From the NCBI GenBank assembly GCA_964106645.2, contig OZ067039.1: a DNA stretch of 64,000 nucleotides; one strand, written 5' to 3'. The stretch comes from Podarcis pityusensis. Taxonomy: Eukaryota. The position numbers were made by a program, and so were the translations under genes. Of this stretch, positions 60,452 through 64,000 are shown piece by piece. The first letter of the stretch is position 1. Each line of letters opens with the position of its first letter. The notes beneath the pieces are model-generated. The model made no database searches and was not told the DNA's origin. It saw only the letters and a list, made by a program, of their open reading frames with translations.

Positions 60452-60452
60452 T
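60100..60452 (+). mobile_element. L2-clade LINE 3' end with (TTA)n tail; older fragments near 15230-15500 (+), 31010-31240 (+), 39630-40250 (-), 61960-62260 (-)
   Basis: ORF 60031..60324 ends RQRAFSVVVPALWNTLP..FKRHLKAALF, the typical L2 ORF2 C-terminus; 3' stem-loop and microsatellite tail. Confidence 0.8.
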
Positions 60453-61150
60453 ACTAGCACTTACGGACCTTGACATAGCTTTGGTCACAAATCCCAGTGA
60501 TCAAATTCAGAGACTTCTGGTGGGGGTTTTTCTGAGCATTAGCAAGGAGGCATGAGGCCTTGTTGCCAAATTCATAGGATGAGCTACGCAAATAAGCAAG
60601 GGCCTTGCAGATGCAATCAGTTTCTAGCAGTTGCTGCTTTGCCCATGTTGTTTTTAGTGCCTCTAAGGAGCTGGCTGATCCCATATGTCAATATTCAGCA
60701 TCTGTTGTTTTAAGACCAAAGACACCACCCTCTGGTGCTGTTGTCTTTTGCACCAATACGCTCCCCTATCGCAATGTCCACAGAGCATAGACTTCATCGT
60801 GTCCCCCAGCATGGGGTACTTATATCCAGGCTGACATTCTCTGCAAAATAACATTTTAAAGCTTGTTTTAAACATAATTAACGGGGGGGGGGCACATTTA
60901 TTTCAATGGGTTTACTCTGAGTAGGACTTGGTTGCACGCAACCCCAAGTATGTGAAACATTTTAAACATCCAAAGTGTGATTTATAACTAATATTGGTAC
61001 AAGTTAATCACTCTTCAGAACCATGTGGCTGCAACCAAGGCAAACTCAGCCAAGACCAGATTGAGCCAATTCTGGTTAGTTTGGCAAAAAGAGAATTATT
61101 GTTTCTGAATCTGGAAGCTCTCCCGTTTCAGCATCTGCCCCAGTTCCAAC

Positions 61151-61352
61151 CTGTCTTCCAGGTAACCTCCCTTCATATCATGGCACACCAGCGTGCGGGG
61201 CCTACGGCTGTTGAAAGGAGGCTCGTGTTTGGCCAGTGGCTCTGTGGACACGTTGAAAGCATCATCACTAGTGGGCTTCCAGGAGAGCAGCTCTTCCAAG
61301 CCAGAGAGGTAGAAGCTGATTGGCTCAGTGGTCTTTGTGTCGTACTGCCTAG
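61151..61352 (-). CDS. ENGASE: ENGASE exon 3 (ARQYDTKTTEPISFYL...CHDMKGGYLEDR)
   Basis: cccag|CT acceptor, CAG|gttgga donor; 202 nt. Confidence 0.95.
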
Positions 61353-61436
61353 CTGGGAGGAATAAAGGCAGACTGTGAATACCTACAATCGCAGAGTGGT
61401 GATAATCATGGCTCTTCGCCAAACACCAAGTCTTAC

Positions 61437-61513
61437 CAGGGAGAGGACTGGGGGCGAAATTGACCACCCGGTGGAGAACGGATGTTCTTTGGCTCTCCAT
61501 ATCCAACTGCAAG
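61437..61513 (-). CDS. ENGASE: ENGASE exon 2 (LQLDMESQRTSVLHRVVNFAPSPLP)
   Basis: ttttcag| acceptor, CTG|gtaaga donor; 77 nt; phase fits the next exon. Confidence 0.85.
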
Positions 61514-63030
61514 CTGAAAATAAGAAAAAAGGAATCAGGGGAAAAACAACAATCCTATTTGGGAACCCTCTATTCTGTGCCCCTTCCCCCACCATCCAAA
61601 AAGCCCACTGTACTGAGGAAGGACTTCTTAAAAGTAGCCAGGCATACATATTTATTTACACACATTTACAAATGCATTTTTAAAAGGAACAAATAATGTA
61701 TGCTTGGCTGCTACAAAAAATAAAAAATCCGTACAAAAAAGACACATAAAACCAAACATAATAAGGCCAGGAATTCAAAGCAGTAAATTAAAATAAGTCT
61801 AACAAAGTCAAGGTTCCTTTGTTGTTGGGACCATCCTGGTCCCTTCACTTCAACCAAAAAGGAAATAAAAGTATTCTCTGCTTACTGTATAGAATATGCA
61901 GAGGTACACCATTAAAATACAGCAATAACAACAAGTTTAGCACAAGAAACCTAGGTATCATAGAACCTTAGAAGCCTGAGAAAACAAGGATATCTGGCCC
62001 TGAAAAGACAGCAGTGTAGGCACCAAGAAAGCATCTCTGGGAGGAAATTCCATGGAGAGGGTGCCACCACTAAGAAGGCCCTCTCCCAGGCTGCCACCCA
62101 GCTCACTTCGAGCAACGGAGGACTGCTCTCAATGATCTCAACACACAGGCAAGCTGATGTCAGAACAGGCATTCCTCCAGGAACACAGATCCCATACCAT
62201 AAAGGACTTTAAGACGTAAGCATCGACACTTTGAATTGTGCTGAGAAATGGACTGGCAACATATGCCATCACATGGATGGGAGTCCTGGGGCCCTCCAGA
62301 TGTTGTCAGACTCCAACTCCACCATCCCCAGCTATGACAGTTGGGGTCCATCATCTGGAGTTACCCAACCCTGCCCTGGCAGCTTCAGGTTTCCTTTTCT
62401 AGCCTAAGGACTGGCCACAATCCACAGGAGGAACACTGGCCAACCAGCACTCCAGCTGGTGTTTCTGCACAGCCCCAACCTCACCACCACCCTGCCCCAC
62501 CCCATCCAGGCTAGCTGCAAGGATGCTGGCATTCAGAAGGGCAGCTCCATCCCACTACTCCAGCCATAACTGACAACTGTGGCCATGCATGCCCAGGAGG
62601 AATTGGAAACATAAGCACTGATCTGCTGGGCATTTGTGGCACCTAAAGAACATGGTGGAGGGGTGGCACCAGACTGCAAAGTTCTAACAAACAAAAGGTG
62701 AGAGATACAAGTTGATTGTGCAAGCCTAATGTCTGCCCAGCCCTGATCTTTTAACCACTTTGAAGGGCTGGTGGCCATCCCATTTTTTGAGTGATGTTCT
62801 GTTCAAGGGGGTGGCTTTGAAAAGTTGGGAGCTGCGGGCTTCTCTTCTTTCAGAGCCTGGAAGAGGTTTACCCAAGTGAAAAAAGCCCAATGACAAGTTT
62901 GCTGCCATCAAAAGGAGACAAGAGAAGTATTGACATTGTGACACCCCAACCAGCAGTTGGCTAGGAAATGCAGCTCTTTGTCACTATGCAGGGCTGCAGC
63001 ATCAAACCTATTTCCAGACCTGGGATATTA

Positions 63031-63276
63031 GAAGAAGAGGAGTTTGGATTTGATATCCCGCCTTTCACTCCCCTTCAGGAGTCTCAAAGCGGCTAACAAT
63101 CTCCTTTCCCTTCCTCCCCCACAACAAACACTCTGTGAGGTGAGTGGGGCTGAGAGACTTAAAAGAAGTGTGACTGGCCCAAGGTCACCCAGCAGCTGCA
63201 TGTGGAGGAGCGGAGACGCGAACCCGGTTCCCCAGATTACGTGACTACCGCTCTTAACCACTACACCACACTGGCT
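63031..63276 (-). mobile_element. Young CORE/MIR-like tRNA SINE; older relatives near 5500-5700, 29140-29300, 39480-39630
   Basis: Minus strand GCCAGTGTGGTGTAGTGGTTAAGAGC..GGTTCG..GGGTGACCTTGGGCCAGTCAC; (TTC)n-type tail; TATTA on both flanks. Confidence 0.75.
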
Positions 63277-63356
63277 TATTATGGCTGCAATCCTATACGG
63301 ACTAACTTGGGAGCAAGTCCCATGAACTCAATGAAACTTTATGAGTGATGCAAGTG

Positions 63357-63404
<48 letters not shown>

Positions 63405-63724
63405 CTCCAGTTCATTTTCCTGGTTGATCTACTTTGAATGAGTCAGTTTGGAGGCGGCAGCTCTGATACTCCCAGTGCTGGAGGGCAAGGCATTGCTGGT
63501 ACAAGTGCAGCATCCTGCCAAACAAGTGCTCCTTCCCTACCATATCAGATCCCAGGTTCCTATGAAGACTGTGAGCTAAGCCCTGCTGGATCAGCTCAAT
63601 GGCCCATCGAGTCCATCCTCCTGTTCTCAGATGCTCACAGGGAACCTGCAAGCACAAGCCTGAGCAGAACGGCTCTTCCCAGCAATGGACAATTCAGAGG
63701 CACACTGTCTCCAATAGCCTTCCT

Positions 63725-64000
63725 TTTTTTTTTTTTTTAATGATATTTATTAAAATTTCAAAGAAAAGAAAAAGATTACATTAATAAGAAAATTAACAAT
63801 AAAAAGGAAAAATACAAAATACAAAATACAAAATACAAAAAAAGAAAAAACAGTTAAAAACAATTCCATCTTTTCATCACTTCTCTTACATTTACTTGTT
63901 TCCCGGACCTCCTCATACCACCCTCTTTTGTATTCCAATTCAATTTGTTAGTCCAGCAATTCCTTTCCCTCCTTTTTAATCCTGATCTTTAATCTTGATA
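63725..64000 (-). mobile_element. Probable L1-type LINE 3' UTR with poly(A) tail, running off the window
   Basis: T-run at 63725-63738 next to minus-strand AATAAA and a T-rich 3' UTR-like tract. Confidence 0.5.

Larger units (their letters stand above)
50195..61513 (-). other. ENGASE: ENGASE gene body (exons 2-14; exon 1 outside window)
   Basis: Thirteen GT-AG exons (2098 nt) join in phase without stops; GH85 motifs CHDMKGGY, IFVYFSH, GTFITEW, FDGWLVNIE, WYDSV, FFTNYNW, GVDVFGRG, AIFAPGW. Confidence 0.96.

Overview
Vertebrate genomic DNA from a squamate. The repeat complement (Sauria SINE, BovB, tRNA-CR1 SINEs, Squam3-like SINE, a TA-flanked mariner MITE) suggests a lacertid lizard. Two genes lie tail to tail, as at human 17q25. 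(1) RBFOX3/NeuN is on the + strand: 11 coding exons at 28107-43173 give a 327-aa protein from ATG 28140 ending in the PY-NLS, and a distal acceptor at 44325 gives a 313-aa form without the NLS. Poly(A) signals are at 45708 and 45798. Bases 1-28106 are most likely a large upstream RBFOX3 intron. (2) ENGASE (GH85 endo-beta-N-acetylglucosaminidase) is on the - strand: 13 exons at 61513-50195 with an intact frame; its first exon lies beyond the window. The most unexpected signal is an AT-rich stretch at ~19380-20340 in the RBFOX3 intron. Across many stops and frameshifts it reads as a colinear, apparently intronless relic of the dystrophin-family cysteine-rich region (EF-hands plus ZZ zinc finger), most like dystrobrevin/dystrotelin. 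Other leads are two candidate RBFOX-motif-flanked poison exons in RBFOX3, a SINE group with three different tRNA heads on one CR1-type tail, and a 13-nt let-7 complement between the convergent 3' ends. All homology calls use reference sequences recalled from memory; no searches were run.
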